Positions 1 to 9,508 of a stretch of DNA of 41,263 nucleotides are shown in pieces. How positions within the stretch are numbered: the stretch's first letter is position 1; each line of letters opens with the position of its first letter. A program made the position numbers and the translations under genes. Under the pieces are notes generated by a model. It saw only the letters and a program-made list of their open reading frames with translations. It was not told the origin of the DNA and made no database searches. Origin of the DNA: Cellvibrio sp. (GTDB taxonomy: Bacteria; Pseudomonadota; Gammaproteobacteria; Pseudomonadales; Cellvibrionaceae); the NCBI GenBank assembly GCA_003524365.1, contig DQHS01000170.1, forward strand, positions 12,671 to 53,933, given 5' to 3'.

Positions 1-70
1 GTAAGGGTGTGCACTAAGACTGGCGCGGTGGTAATTCGCTGGTCTCTTGATTAATGATGAGGGAGGCTTT

Positions 71-688
71 ATGAAAAAATGCGTGGCAACTATAGGTGTA
101 ATACTGGCAGCGGTTATCCTGGCTGCGTGCAGTAGCAATAAAGTGACGAGCATGCCAGAGGCGGCAGATGCTTCAGTGCTTGCCGAATATCGCATAGGTG
201 TTGGCGATGCACTATCGGTGAATGTATGGCGCAATCCGGAAATGTCGCTCAATGTACCGGTACGTCCCGATGGCAAAATCTCTATGCCGCTGATTGGCGA
301 TATCATGGCTGCTGATCTGACTACCGAGCAACTTTCACAAAACATTACCAAGAGTCTCACCACGTATATCCGCAGCCCGCAGGTAACCGTGATAGTCACC
401 AATCCCAGCAGTTCCGATTTCCAGCGACGTGTACGTATTACCGGTGCCGTTGCAAGCCCCCAATCTATTCCCTATCGCGAAGGCATGACGGTACTTGATC
501 TGGTATTGCTGGCTGGCGGTCCTAACCAATTTGCATCAGCCAATAAAGCCAAGTTATATCGCAAGGTAAATAATGAACTGAAAGTTTACCCAATCAAATT
601 GGAAGATCTGATCAATGATGGTGATGTTGCAACCAACTACCCCCTACAGCCATCAGACATAGTGACTGTTCCAGAAAGAAATTTTTAA
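71..688 (+). CDS. wza: Polysaccharide export OPX/Wza-family lipoprotein, short form (PEP-CTERM system type)
   Basis: GGAGG RBS before ATG at 71; lipobox LAAC; Poly_export motif YRIGVGDAL..VW..PE...VPVRPDGKISMPLIG; one SLBB domain; ends at DIVTVPERNF without a C-terminal helix domain. Confidence 0.92.
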   Translation: MKKCVATIGVILAAVILAACSSNKVTSMPEAADASVLAEYRIGVGDALSVNVWRNPEMSLNVPVRPDGKISMPLIGDIMAADLTTEQLSQNITKSLTTYIRSPQVTVIVTNPSSSDFQRRVRITGAVASPQSIPYREGMTVLDLVLLAGGPNQFASANKAKLYRKVNNELKVYPIKLEDLINDGDVATNYPLQPSDIVTVPERNF

Positions 689-730
689 GTGATAAATTGG
701 AAATTGTTGGTTAACGAATTGAGATAGCTC

Positions 731-2248
731 ATGGATAAAGCATACCTAAAAGATTTATTGGCGGCGTTGCGTGCCGAGTTAATCCGCTTGCGGTTTTGGT
801 GCGTGCTTTTGTTTTTGGCGGTCGCTTACCTTTTTCTCGCGGTCGGATTGGTGTGGCCAAAAAGTTTCACCACTAAGGTCGTTCTGTTTGCGGATGTCAC
901 TAACATTATTGAGCCTCTGCTTAAAGGGCGTGCAGAAATTACCAAAATTGATCGCTCCGAGCAGGCGAGTGAGGTGATTTATACGCGCAGAATTATGTTG
1001 GAAACTGCCAAGCAGGCTGGCTTGATGAATAAGTCTCTATCTGTCGATGAACAGGATGCTTTGGTGAAACGATTGCGTGAAGGTGTCGTGGTTGCACGTG
1101 AGCGCAATGCAAACTATGTGCAGATCAGTTATACCGCCGGCAATCCTGATCGCTCTTTTGAAGTGCTTAATGCGGTCGTTAATGTGTTCATTGAAGACAT
1201 TACAAAGCGTAAGCGCGATGAAAGCGTCGGCGCTTACAACTTTATTGATGCACAAGTGCAAACCTATAAGCGACAATTGGAGTCAGCAGAAGAAAAGCTG
1301 AAAGAGTTTAAATCAAAAAATACCGATGGCAGTGAAGAGTCGGTCAGTGCGCGTATAGGGCAGTTACGTCAGGAACTGGAAACCTTGAAAATTGCGATTG
1401 AGGAAACCCAGTCCCGCATTAATTCCATTCAACAGCAGCTCAACAATGAAGGTCAGTATTTAAAAGCAAAAGGGCAAGTTGACGAGATGAATCAGCGTCG
1501 TCAGACCTTGAACGCCCAGCTGGAACAAATGTTGCTGAGTTATCAAGAGAATTATCCGGACGTCGTGTCGCTCCGTGCACAGATTGCCGAGTTGGATACC
1601 GCTATTACCAAGCTCCAATCATCGGGTGATGTATTTGGTAATAGCGACAAAGTCCAGAACCCGCTCTACGAAGAATTGCGCAAGCAGGCAGCGGATGCTG
1701 AAGTTGAGCTGCGCGCACAGAAGCGTCGCATGCAATCCCTGTTGGTGCTTCAGGAGGAAGAGTTTGCTCGCCAGCAGCGCATTGCTGCCAGCCAGGCTGA
1801 GCTTTCAGACTTGACGCGTGACTATGACGTAACCAAAAAAGTCTACGATGAAATGTTACAGCGAAAGGAGTCTGCGCGTGTTTCCATGACACTGGACATT
1901 GAAGGTCAAGGGGTTTCCTATCGCATTCAAGAGCCTGCCAGTTTTCCGCTGAAACCCTCGGGTTTGCACTTTGTTCATTTTGCAATTGTTGGTCCTATTA
2001 TGGGGCTATTGGCACCAATCGGTTTGCTGCTGTTGTTTGTGATGGTTGATCCTCATCTGCGCTCCGCGCGGATTTTGCAAAAGCAGTTGCCATCCGATAT
2101 CGAAGTGATTGGTGTTATCCCCCATTACAAATCGCCAATCGGGGAGCGATTGTTGAAAAAAGATGTGCTGTTGATTCTTTCAATTGCGATTGTCGGCATG
2201 ATTTGTTATCTGGCAATTGCAATTTATTGGCAACTGGTCAAGGGTTAA
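731..2248 (+). CDS. Polysaccharide co-polymerase / chain-length determinant (Wzz/PCP, XrtA-associated type)
   Basis: N-terminal TM, long periplasmic coiled coil, Pro-rich EPASFPLKPS before TM2, VIGVIP juxtamembrane motif, extra C-terminal TM; directly follows wza. Confidence 0.9.
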   Translation: MDKAYLKDLLAALRAELIRLRFWCVLLFLAVAYLFLAVGLVWPKSFTTKVVLFADVTNIIEPLLKGRAEITKIDRSEQASEVIYTRRIMLETAKQAGLMNKSLSVDEQDALVKRLREGVVVARERNANYVQISYTAGNPDRSFEVLNAVVNVFIEDITKRKRDESVGAYNFIDAQVQTYKRQLESAEEKLKEFKSKNTDGSEESVSARIGQLRQELETLKIAIEETQSRINSIQQQLNNEGQYLKAKGQVDEMNQRRQTLNAQLEQMLLSYQENYPDVVSLRAQIAELDTAITKLQSSGDVFGNSDKVQNPLYEELRKQAADAEVELRAQKRRMQSLLVLQEEEFARQQRIAASQAELSDLTRDYDVTKKVYDEMLQRKESARVSMTLDIEGQGVSYRIQEPASFPLKPSGLHFVHFAIVGPIMGLLAPIGLLLLFVMVDPHLRSARILQKQLPSDIEVIGVIPHYKSPIGERLLKKDVLLILSIAIVGMICYLAIAIYWQLVKG

Positions 2249-2270
2249 TCCGGTGAATACTCAGGGCATA

Positions 2271-3059
2271 ATGATGGACAAGCGCAAAGAAAAAAACCTA
2301 AGCCAATTGATGGTAGATGTTGATGCGTTAGTAGAGGATAGCGACCAGCTCGTTAAAAATGCAGTGCTGGAGCATCGCAAACGCGAAAAAATTAAAAATA
2401 TGGATATGCCCCTGCTCTGGTCGCAAGAAGAGCTGTACGAGAAGAAAATAGTCTTTACCGGTATGCGCCAGCGTGAGGTATTGAATGCTTTTCGTGAGGT
2501 GCGGATCCGCTTGTTGAAGCGTCATCATTCCGACAACATGGTTGTTCTGGTGTCATCGGTTGCCGCTGACGTGGCCTCCAGTTATTTTAGTTTTAATCTG
2601 GCGGCAACCTTTGCGCTGGATCAACATAAGACTGCACTCTATGTGGATTGCAATCCCTACAACTCGAATGTAGACAAATATGTCACATCCGATATTGATC
2701 TAGGCCTGTCAAATTATTTAACTGACTACACAGTCCCGCTTAAAAATATTATCTATCCAACGGGTGTTGAACGTCTGCGTGTTATTCCCTCAGGCGGATC
2801 AAGTGACTCTGCTGCTGAATTCTTTAATTCCAAGCGCATGGAAGTCTTAGTGGCTGAAATCAAATCGCGCTATCCTGACCGTTTTATTGTGTTAGATGCA
2901 CCCTCTATCCAGCAGTCAACAGAAGCGCGGATTTTGGCGCGTTATTGCGATCATGCATTGCTTGTTGTGCCTTTTGGCAAAGTGGTTACTGATGAGGTGC
3001 TCTCCGCAGTGGATGCGGTAGGCAAAGAAAAATTTGCAGGTGTAGTCTTTAACAACTGA
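2271..3059 (+). CDS. Stand-alone BY-kinase (Wzc C-terminal domain) homolog, probable pseudokinase
   Basis: AFREVR motif, Walker A' LYVDCN, GLSNYL, Walker B FIVLDAP, terminal GVVFN; the Walker A position reads VSSVAADVASS (no GK). Start at ATG 2271 or 2274. Confidence 0.85.
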   Translation: MMDKRKEKNLSQLMVDVDALVEDSDQLVKNAVLEHRKREKIKNMDMPLLWSQEELYEKKIVFTGMRQREVLNAFREVRIRLLKRHHSDNMVVLVSSVAADVASSYFSFNLAATFALDQHKTALYVDCNPYNSNVDKYVTSDIDLGLSNYLTDYTVPLKNIIYPTGVERLRVIPSGGSSDSAAEFFNSKRMEVLVAEIKSRYPDRFIVLDAPSIQQSTEARILARYCDHALLVVPFGKVVTDEVLSAVDAVGKEKFAGVVFNN

Positions 3060-3074
3060 GCAGTGAGGCGGGCT

Positions 3075-4382
3075 ATGAACATAATAAAATTACTTCCCGC
3101 CACCCGGCTCTCACTCATGCTATTGGCGTTTAACCAAGTGCATGCAAATCCGGTGCAAGAAGAAAGACAATTTAACGCATCCATTTCTGCCACCAGTTTG
3201 ATGTCAGACAATAGTAAAAAAACAGTTTTGGAGCCAATAGAAGAAAGGCAGGATATTTATCAGCTTGGCTTGATGGCAACTTACAGCAATTGGCTGGTAG
3301 ATGCGGATGTAGATTATGATCTCTACGCGCAAAAATTTTCCAAGCAATCACAGGCTGATGAAGAGTATGCGGAAGGCAGCTCACTGTTGGTCTTTGGTAA
3401 AGAGACGGATTCTCTAGGGTTGGAACTTGAGCATTCGCGGCGCATGTTGCTCCAGTCGCCTGAAGAAGTGACCTTGCTGGAAAACCAACAAGAGCGCGAA
3501 ATGATTTCCGCACGGCCCACGATTCGCAAAAGGCTGTCCGCTGCCGATAGGATTTTTCTGCAGGGGCAAGCGGCAAAAGTGCGATTCATTGGGGAAGATG
3601 ATAGTCAGGATTCAAAACGCAATGGCGCTACTCTGGGGTGGGGCCACGCCATTTCCAAAACTAGCGCCATGATGTTGAGTTCGCAATATATGGATGTGAG
3701 TTTTGATCAACAGCCTGATGCCGATTATCAAATGGTGAACTCAGCACTTTCGTATCAGGTGCAGTTGCGCAAGCTGGATTACAGTGTGCAAGTGGGGTAC
3801 AACGAAATATCTCCAGAGCTTGGGGAGAAACAGGGTGCTCCGAGTTACAACATCAGTTTAGGTTACGTGAGTGGATACCATGTTTTCAGAGCATCGGCAG
3901 ATCGGCAGATCACCGATACATCGTTTGGTAATGGTAATCTGGATAGTGGCAATCAAATTCCCGGTGCCGATGGTTTGTCGCAAAATTTGGGGAAAATAGA
4001 TCGGCGCAATCTAGGGGTAGAGTTTAGTACCGATGTCATCTGCTCGCGCTGTACGTTTTCCCTGGGGGCATCTGTAGTTGATGATGATTACCTTGAGCGC
4101 GATGAGCAAGGGCGCAACACTTATATACGTTCGGCATTTGTTTATTCGCTATCGAGTGCTGCAAAGTTAACGCTGCGAGTAGATAAATCCAAAAACGATG
4201 AGGAAAGTAATCAAGTTAATGATCGCTACGACACCGATTATCTCTCGCTTGAATACACCTACCGGTTCATTAATGGATTTGATATCCGGCTGTTCTCCCG
4301 CAAAGAGGAGCGCGATGGAGACGGTCCGGTGAATAATTACAAAGAAAATATTTATGGCGCTGGTTTGGAATATTTATTTTGA
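3075..4382 (+). CDS. Outer-membrane beta-barrel protein of polysaccharide export (PEP-CTERM-associated, EpsX/VpsM-like)
   Basis: Signal peptide ending VHA, alternating amphipathic beta-strands, C-terminal beta-signal YGAGLEYLF; position in the export operon. Confidence 0.8.
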   Translation: MNIIKLLPATRLSLMLLAFNQVHANPVQEERQFNASISATSLMSDNSKKTVLEPIEERQDIYQLGLMATYSNWLVDADVDYDLYAQKFSKQSQADEEYAEGSSLLVFGKETDSLGLELEHSRRMLLQSPEEVTLLENQQEREMISARPTIRKRLSAADRIFLQGQAAKVRFIGEDDSQDSKRNGATLGWGHAISKTSAMMLSSQYMDVSFDQQPDADYQMVNSALSYQVQLRKLDYSVQVGYNEISPELGEKQGAPSYNISLGYVSGYHVFRASADRQITDTSFGNGNLDSGNQIPGADGLSQNLGKIDRRNLGVEFSTDVICSRCTFSLGASVVDDDYLERDEQGRNTYIRSAFVYSLSSAAKLTLRVDKSKNDEESNQVNDRYDTDYLSLEYTYRFINGFDIRLFSRKEERDGDGPVNNYKENIYGAGLEYLF

Positions 4383-4470
4383 TAAATGCTGTAACAACAA
4401 GTGCAGCAATAGCAATTGGTAGCCAGGCTGTGTTACTGGCGAAAATCAAATGGAAACACGGGTGGGGAAA

Positions 4471-7098
4471 ATGAAAAAGTGTTTAAAAATAATCTTGGTT
4501 TCATTTTGCATTAGCATAGCTGCGTGCAGTGATAAACAAGAAGAGAGTCAACAGCAAGCGCAGCGGCATGCCGGCTCAGCTAAAATATATATGGAGCAAG
4601 GCCAGTATCGCGCAGCAATGATTGAAGCAAAAAATGTTATCCAGCTGATGCCTGATTCGGCGGATGGCTATATTGCTTTAGCGCATATCTACAATGAAAT
4701 TGGCTCCTATGCCTCCGTTCAAGGCCTGCTTGAGCAAGTGGTAAAGAGAAACCCAAGCGTAGCGACTGAACTGGCCTATACCTACTTTCTGAATAAAAAA
4801 TACCTCACCGCAATCAATACTGTAAATACCTATCCGGCTGATGCCAGCAACCCTGAAGCCAAACAGCGTCAGGCATGGATAAGTGCCATGTCAAATATCA
4901 GTTTGGGGAATAAAGATGGATATGCGCTGGCGTTGAATGAGTTTAAAACGCTGGGAGGCAGCGAGGCAGACGCAAAATATATCGAGGCGAATTATTTACT
5001 TTCAAAAGGTGAGCTAGAGAATGCCCAATCTGCGTTGACGGAAGTGTTGGCTGCCGCACCAGATAACATCGATGCTTTGACCATGATGGCAGGGGTAAAC
5101 ATTTTTCTGCGCAATTTGGATGGAGCGGAAAATCATCTCACCAAAGCACTGGGGTTATTGAAAAACACCGATATATTGAGCCGTCGGAAAGTGCAAATTA
5201 TTAGTCTTTTAACCGACACGTTAATTCAGCAAGGGCGTACCAGCGAGGCCTATACCTACCAAAAATTATTGGCAGAATCCAACCCCGAAGGCAATGTTGC
5301 GCAGCAGCGTTTTAGTGAAGCTATGGAGTATTACCAACAAGGAAAATATGCAGAAGCAGAAACCATTTTACGTGAGTTGCGTGAGCAATATCCCAACGAT
5401 AAAAACACCGCAACTCTACTGGGATTAGTTGAATATCAGCAGGGGTCAGATCAACAAGCAGCAGATCTTTTTGATGAATTTATTGATCCAGAGACAGCAA
5501 CACCTTCCGTCTTGCAAGCAGCTGCATTGGTTAAATTTCGCAATAATCAAATGGATGAAGCGATTGAGCTGCTAAAGAAAGCGGCGGACAGTCAACCGAA
5601 TAATCATATTGTGTTGGCAACCTATGGGTTGGCTCTGCTGGATAAAGATCCGCAAAGTGCAGAAGGGGCAAAAGCGCTGGAAAAAAGTCTGGCGCTTGAA
5701 CCTAAACAACAGCGCATCCGTATTGCCTTGGCAAAACGCCATCTGCTATTGAAACAGCCTGAGCAGGCAGTAGCTCAATTGCAAAAAGCTTATCAGGAAC
5801 AGCCGGATGACTTTTATATCCAGCAAGCCTATTTTAAAACACTAATGAACGATAAGCAGACAGAAAAACTGGAAGAAGAAATTGCTGCGTTTAAAAATAA
5901 AGACCCACAAAATTCTAGAGGATACTTTTTTGCTGGCTGGTATGCACTACAGCAAAAAAACTATCAGGCTGCTGAGCAAGAATTTGAAAAAGCGGTAGCA
6001 GTAAAAGGCAGCAAGGAAAAACAATTTTCCTATGCGGGGCTCGCGCAAGTTTATGAAACACAAGAGCAGACGCAAAAAGCAATTACTGCGTGGCAATTAG
6101 CGCTGGAAGCAGATCCAAGCATGGTTATCGGATATGCCCGCTGGTTTGCACAAATGCGTAAGTTGAAGCGTGAAGATTCTGCTTTTTCGTTTGTGCTTGG
6201 GCTGGAAGAGAAAACTACCAAATGGGAGCCGTCCGTTGTATTGGCTCAGTTGTATGTAGGAAAAGGCCAATTTGCCGAGGCCATCAAACATATTGGCGTT
6301 GCATTGGAACGCAGCAATAACGCAACCAACATCAAACAAATTGCTGCCAATCTCTACCGTTTGCAAGGTGTGCAGCTCAGGGGGCAAAACAAATTACCCG
6401 AAGCGCGTGAAAGCTTAATGCAAGCAGTTAAATTATTCCCTGAAAATGCAGATTACCTTGCGGTATTAATTGAGACGGAAATCGGTGCCAAGAATATTCA
6501 GGAAGCACAAAAACTGCTCGACCAATTTGCAAAAAATCCTGAGAACGAAGGCGAGCGTTTATTTCTTCAAGGTCTAATTCGTTTTGCGGAAGATAAAAAA
6601 GACGAAGGTTTCCAGCTTTATATGGAATCCTGGGCGGCCAAGCCTATGGAAATTGTGGCTGAACAAATTTATGGCTTCCACCATAAAAGTGGCAATCAAG
6701 ACAAGGCAGAAGATTTCCTTATGGACTGGCATGAGAAGTTACCCAAGAGTAACCGGGCGTCACTGTTGCTGGCCGTGAATGCGCAGGGAAAAAACGATCC
6801 AAAACAAGCCATTGCCTGGTATGAAAAATCCGTTGAGTTAAATCCCAAAGTGCCAGCAGCGTTGAACAACCTGGCTTGGATGTATTATGAAAGTAAGGAT
6901 CCTCGTGCGCTTGAGTTTGCTAAAAGGGCTTATGATCTCGCTCCAAACGTCGCCGCCATTGTTGATACCTATGGCTGGATTTTAGTAGAGCGGGGTGATT
7001 TGAGAAAAGGTATTGAATTGCTCACCAAGGCGGTAGCATTAGAGCCTGAGAATCAGGAAATGCAGTACCATCTTAAAGAAGCACAAAGCCGTCAGTAA
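4471..7098 (+). CDS. prsT: TPR-repeat lipoprotein, PrsT-like
   Basis: Lipobox IAAC, multiple TPRs, C-terminal ALNNLAW...AY.LAP....DTYGWIL typical of PrsT; about 875 aa. Confidence 0.8.
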   Translation: MKKCLKIILVSFCISIAACSDKQEESQQQAQRHAGSAKIYMEQGQYRAAMIEAKNVIQLMPDSADGYIALAHIYNEIGSYASVQGLLEQVVKRNPSVATELAYTYFLNKKYLTAINTVNTYPADASNPEAKQRQAWISAMSNISLGNKDGYALALNEFKTLGGSEADAKYIEANYLLSKGELENAQSALTEVLAAAPDNIDALTMMAGVNIFLRNLDGAENHLTKALGLLKNTDILSRRKVQIISLLTDTLIQQGRTSEAYTYQKLLAESNPEGNVAQQRFSEAMEYYQQGKYAEAETILRELREQYPNDKNTATLLGLVEYQQGSDQQAADLFDEFIDPETATPSVLQAAALVKFRNNQMDEAIELLKKAADSQPNNHIVLATYGLALLDKDPQSAEGAKALEKSLALEPKQQRIRIALAKRHLLLKQPEQAVAQLQKAYQEQPDDFYIQQAYFKTLMNDKQTEKLEEEIAAFKNKDPQNSRGYFFAGWYALQQKNYQAAEQEFEKAVAVKGSKEKQFSYAGLAQVYETQEQTQKAITAWQLALEADPSMVIGYARWFAQMRKLKREDSAFSFVLGLEEKTTKWEPSVVLAQLYVGKGQFAEAIKHIGVALERSNNATNIKQIAANLYRLQGVQLRGQNKLPEARESLMQAVKLFPENADYLAVLIETEIGAKNIQEAQKLLDQFAKNPENEGERLFLQGLIRFAEDKKDEGFQLYMESWAAKPMEIVAEQIYGFHHKSGNQDKAEDFLMDWHEKLPKSNRASLLLAVNAQGKNDPKQAIAWYEKSVELNPKVPAALNNLAWMYYESKDPRALEFAKRAYDLAPNVAAIVDTYGWILVERGDLRKGIELLTKAVALEPENQEMQYHLKEAQSRQ

Positions 7099-7109
7099 TT
7101 AATGATAGG

Positions 7110-7146
7110 AATAGCGAGCAGCTTTATCGCTGCTCGCTATTGTTTT
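7110..7146 (+). terminator. Intrinsic terminator after prsT
   Basis: 13-bp perfect stem AATAGCGAGCAGC / GCTGCTCGCTATT with 6-nt loop, followed by GTTTT. Confidence 0.75.
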
Positions 7147-7166
7147 GTCTACAGCGAACTTACACC

Positions 7167-8201
7167 ATGAGCAACTATTTTCCTGCTGCAAACTATCCTG
7201 GGATATTTTCTACCCCAGAGTGGGTTGACGCTTGGAAAAATGCATGGGCAGATCATAGTGCTATTACGGCTGCTGGTGCGCACGAATCTGCATTGGTTGG
7301 GCACCAGCAATTTTATTCCTACCAACAAAAAAAATCGTCAATTCTGTCATTCACAACACTGTTTCCTGCTGGAATCTCTACCAGTGCCAGTCCGAGCTTG
7401 CGCAGCGAATATTTTATGTTGGTCAATCAAAAGCCGGATGACTTTATTGCGGCTGCTCTCTGTCATAAATGGAGCCAGCTGTTTATTCCCGATATGATTT
7501 CCACCACTCCGGAATATGCTGCCATAGTGAAGGCTGCAGAAAGTAATGGGCTGCAGGTGTTGGTGCGCGACGCGGCGACAAGCTATGCCGTGCGTTTACA
7601 AGAAAATAGTTTTGATAATTACCTGAAACACATCGGTAGTAATACGCGCTTGAAGTTGTTTAATAAGCGTAAAAAACTCTATGCCATTGGTGAGATTAGC
7701 CAGCAAAATCTATGGCCTGATGTGGATAGCTTTATTGAAATTCTCAATGAGTTTCGTGTGCAGCGCTGGAATAAACCTTGTTATCAAGGGCGTAACCTCA
7801 AACAAATCACCGCCTTTTTACAGAATATTGCGCAGGCGGGTGGCAGGCCGGATTTGTCGGTTATTTATTGCGATGGAAAACCCGTTTCAGCCGTGTTGGA
7901 CCTTTATTATCGGCAGCGAATTTATAATATCCAATCTGGCTACATTGAAAAATTTCGGGATGGGATTTCGCTGGGAACCTTACATCTGGGTTTGCAAATA
8001 GAAAAAGCATTTGCAACAGATGCCATTTATTATGATTTTATGGCCGGTAACGGCAAAAAATCCAATTACAAAAAATCCCTTGCTACGCACAGCGCCCAGT
8101 TTGCGAGCTTGATGCTGGTGCGCAGTCCGCTACTCAAAAAATTGTATTACATCAAAGACCGTTTGCTCGGCATGACAACTTCTAAGGGATCCCTTTTATA
8201 A
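7167..8201 (+). CDS. GNAT-family N-acyltransferase (CelD/BcsL-like, Acetyltransf_6)
   Basis: FSTPEW...W N-terminal motif; FDNYL..IGSNTR.KL; SLGTLHL..QIE.AF...YYDFMAG...YKK. Confidence 0.78.
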   Translation: MSNYFPAANYPGIFSTPEWVDAWKNAWADHSAITAAGAHESALVGHQQFYSYQQKKSSILSFTTLFPAGISTSASPSLRSEYFMLVNQKPDDFIAAALCHKWSQLFIPDMISTTPEYAAIVKAAESNGLQVLVRDAATSYAVRLQENSFDNYLKHIGSNTRLKLFNKRKKLYAIGEISQQNLWPDVDSFIEILNEFRVQRWNKPCYQGRNLKQITAFLQNIAQAGGRPDLSVIYCDGKPVSAVLDLYYRQRIYNIQSGYIEKFRDGISLGTLHLGLQIEKAFATDAIYYDFMAGNGKKSNYKKSLATHSAQFASLMLVRSPLLKKLYYIKDRLLGMTTSKGSLL

Positions 8202-9471
8202 TTGCGGGTCCGATAATTTTAGTCAGCCACACCGGCATAAATTTCCACAATAAAATAAATAATTTAAGTTTGGGGTTGTCGGGGTTTAGCTCGGGCTTGG
8301 CGGCATTTTCTGGCAAAAGACAATACCAATAATTTTGGCAAGGCTCTGCACCCCATTGTTTTTTGAATTTGAAGGTGCCCGCATCCAATGTTGAGCGACC
8401 AAAATCAAAATACTGACAGCCCTGATTTATGGCAAAAGAAAGTATCTGACGATACATCCACATATTGGCATTATATTTATTGGCTGATTTGATCGTGGAT
8501 GCCCAGGGGATTTCCATCAGCCTGCCGTGGTTTACCAGAAAGGCGCAAGACACAGGTTTTTGTTTGACATAGATAATTAAAATACTTGCATCCAAATCCG
8601 CGTGTTGAAGAATATTGGCGAACCACTCTTTGCCGTATACAGGTGTGCCCAGGTCGCGCATGTTCCGGGCAAATACACGATAAAAATCTTCCAGCAATTC
8701 CATTTTTCCAACTTTGCATTCCGGTGAAAACTCATCCGCCTTTTTGTATTGGGCGCGCACTTTACTGCCCAGCATTTTATCCAGCTCTTCATCACTGCCG
8801 GGTAATTCTAAAATCATCGATGCTTTTTTGGTGGAAGGATTCTCGCCAAGGTTAGGATGAATGCTGCGGATCTCAATATGTTGCAATCCCAGTTCTGCAC
8901 GCAGCTCACGCAATTTATCGATAATTGCCAGGCAGATATCAAAATACTCACACACAATGCCACCGTAATTCAGATAGGGCATTGAAACCGCAAATTTACC
9001 AAACAGTGGCGATGAAAAAACCGTAACGGGAATGCCGCCCAATAATTTCCCCTGCAGGTCGCGCGCGCAGACAAGCAGTGACTGGTGCCCAAAACTTTGT
9101 TCAATCACTTCGCTCCATGCCGGATGGTGGCTCGGCAGTGCATAGTTATTGTTCATCACAAAATCAGGCCAATCAGCTACATCGGCATAGCAATCAACAG
9201 ATAAAGAAAATTCATTGCGCCAGCAGCGATGTTGGTCGAGCGCAGTAAATGCAGGTGTTGTAGTGGGAGTCTCTGTAACTGCACCTGTTGTCCCGGTATC
9301 TTTTATCGTGCTCTCAAGCTGTTTAATTCGCAGGGAGATGTCTTTCATCAGTGCGAGTTGTTGTGCGTACTCGGGAGTATCCTTTTGCAAGTGCTTAAAC
9401 TTTCCGGAAATTATCCCTTTTTCAACCTTCAGGGTTTTAAGCTCATGGTGTTGTGCTGATAGCAAATTCAT
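8182..9471 (-). CDS. FemAB-like (PEP-CTERM-associated) aminoacyl transferase with N-terminal coiled-coil extension
   Basis: SMPYLNYGG, KVRAQYKKA, FYRVFARNMRDLGTPVY, FDFGRS...GTFKFKKQWGAEP, LNPDNPK. ATG at 9471 chosen to avoid overlap with the upstream gene. Confidence 0.88.
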   Translation of the reverse strand: MNLLSAQHHELKTLKVEKGIISGKFKHLQKDTPEYAQQLALMKDISLRIKQLESTIKDTGTTGAVTETPTTTPAFTALDQHRCWRNEFSLSVDCYADVADWPDFVMNNNYALPSHHPAWSEVIEQSFGHQSLLVCARDLQGKLLGGIPVTVFSSPLFGKFAVSMPYLNYGGIVCEYFDICLAIIDKLRELRAELGLQHIEIRSIHPNLGENPSTKKASMILELPGSDEELDKMLGSKVRAQYKKADEFSPECKVGKMELLEDFYRVFARNMRDLGTPVYGKEWFANILQHADLDASILIIYVKQKPVSCAFLVNHGRLMEIPWASTIKSANKYNANMWMYRQILSFAINQGCQYFDFGRSTLDAGTFKFKKQWGAEPCQNYWYCLLPENAAKPELNPDNPKLKLFILLWKFMPVWLTKIIGPAIIKGIP

Positions 9472-9508
9472 AACGCGGGTAAACCTGTTAAATGGAGCAG
9501 CGAATCCA

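Noticed and set aside
18-50. Possible sigma54 promoter (TGGCGC...) upstream of wza
   Set aside because: There is no GC at the required GG-N10-GC spacing.
2217-2270. Longer ORF-track N-termini (also at 47, 7140, 9534, 11892, 14898, 16213, 19258, 36351)
   Set aside because: These are upstream near-cognate starts that overlap neighbours or regulatory elements; downstream ATGs fit the RBS, signal peptides or domain starts better.
7029-7040. ops-like sequence GGCGGTAGCATT about 70 bp upstream of the prsT terminator (RfaH antitermination?)
   Set aside because: It lies within coding sequence for KAVAL, a similar string occurs at about 5991 for another KAVA TPR, and there is no JUMPStart context.
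7327-7334. A8 homopolymer in the GNAT gene
   Set aside because: Encodes Gln-Lys-Lys with the frame intact; runs of this length are common in the window.
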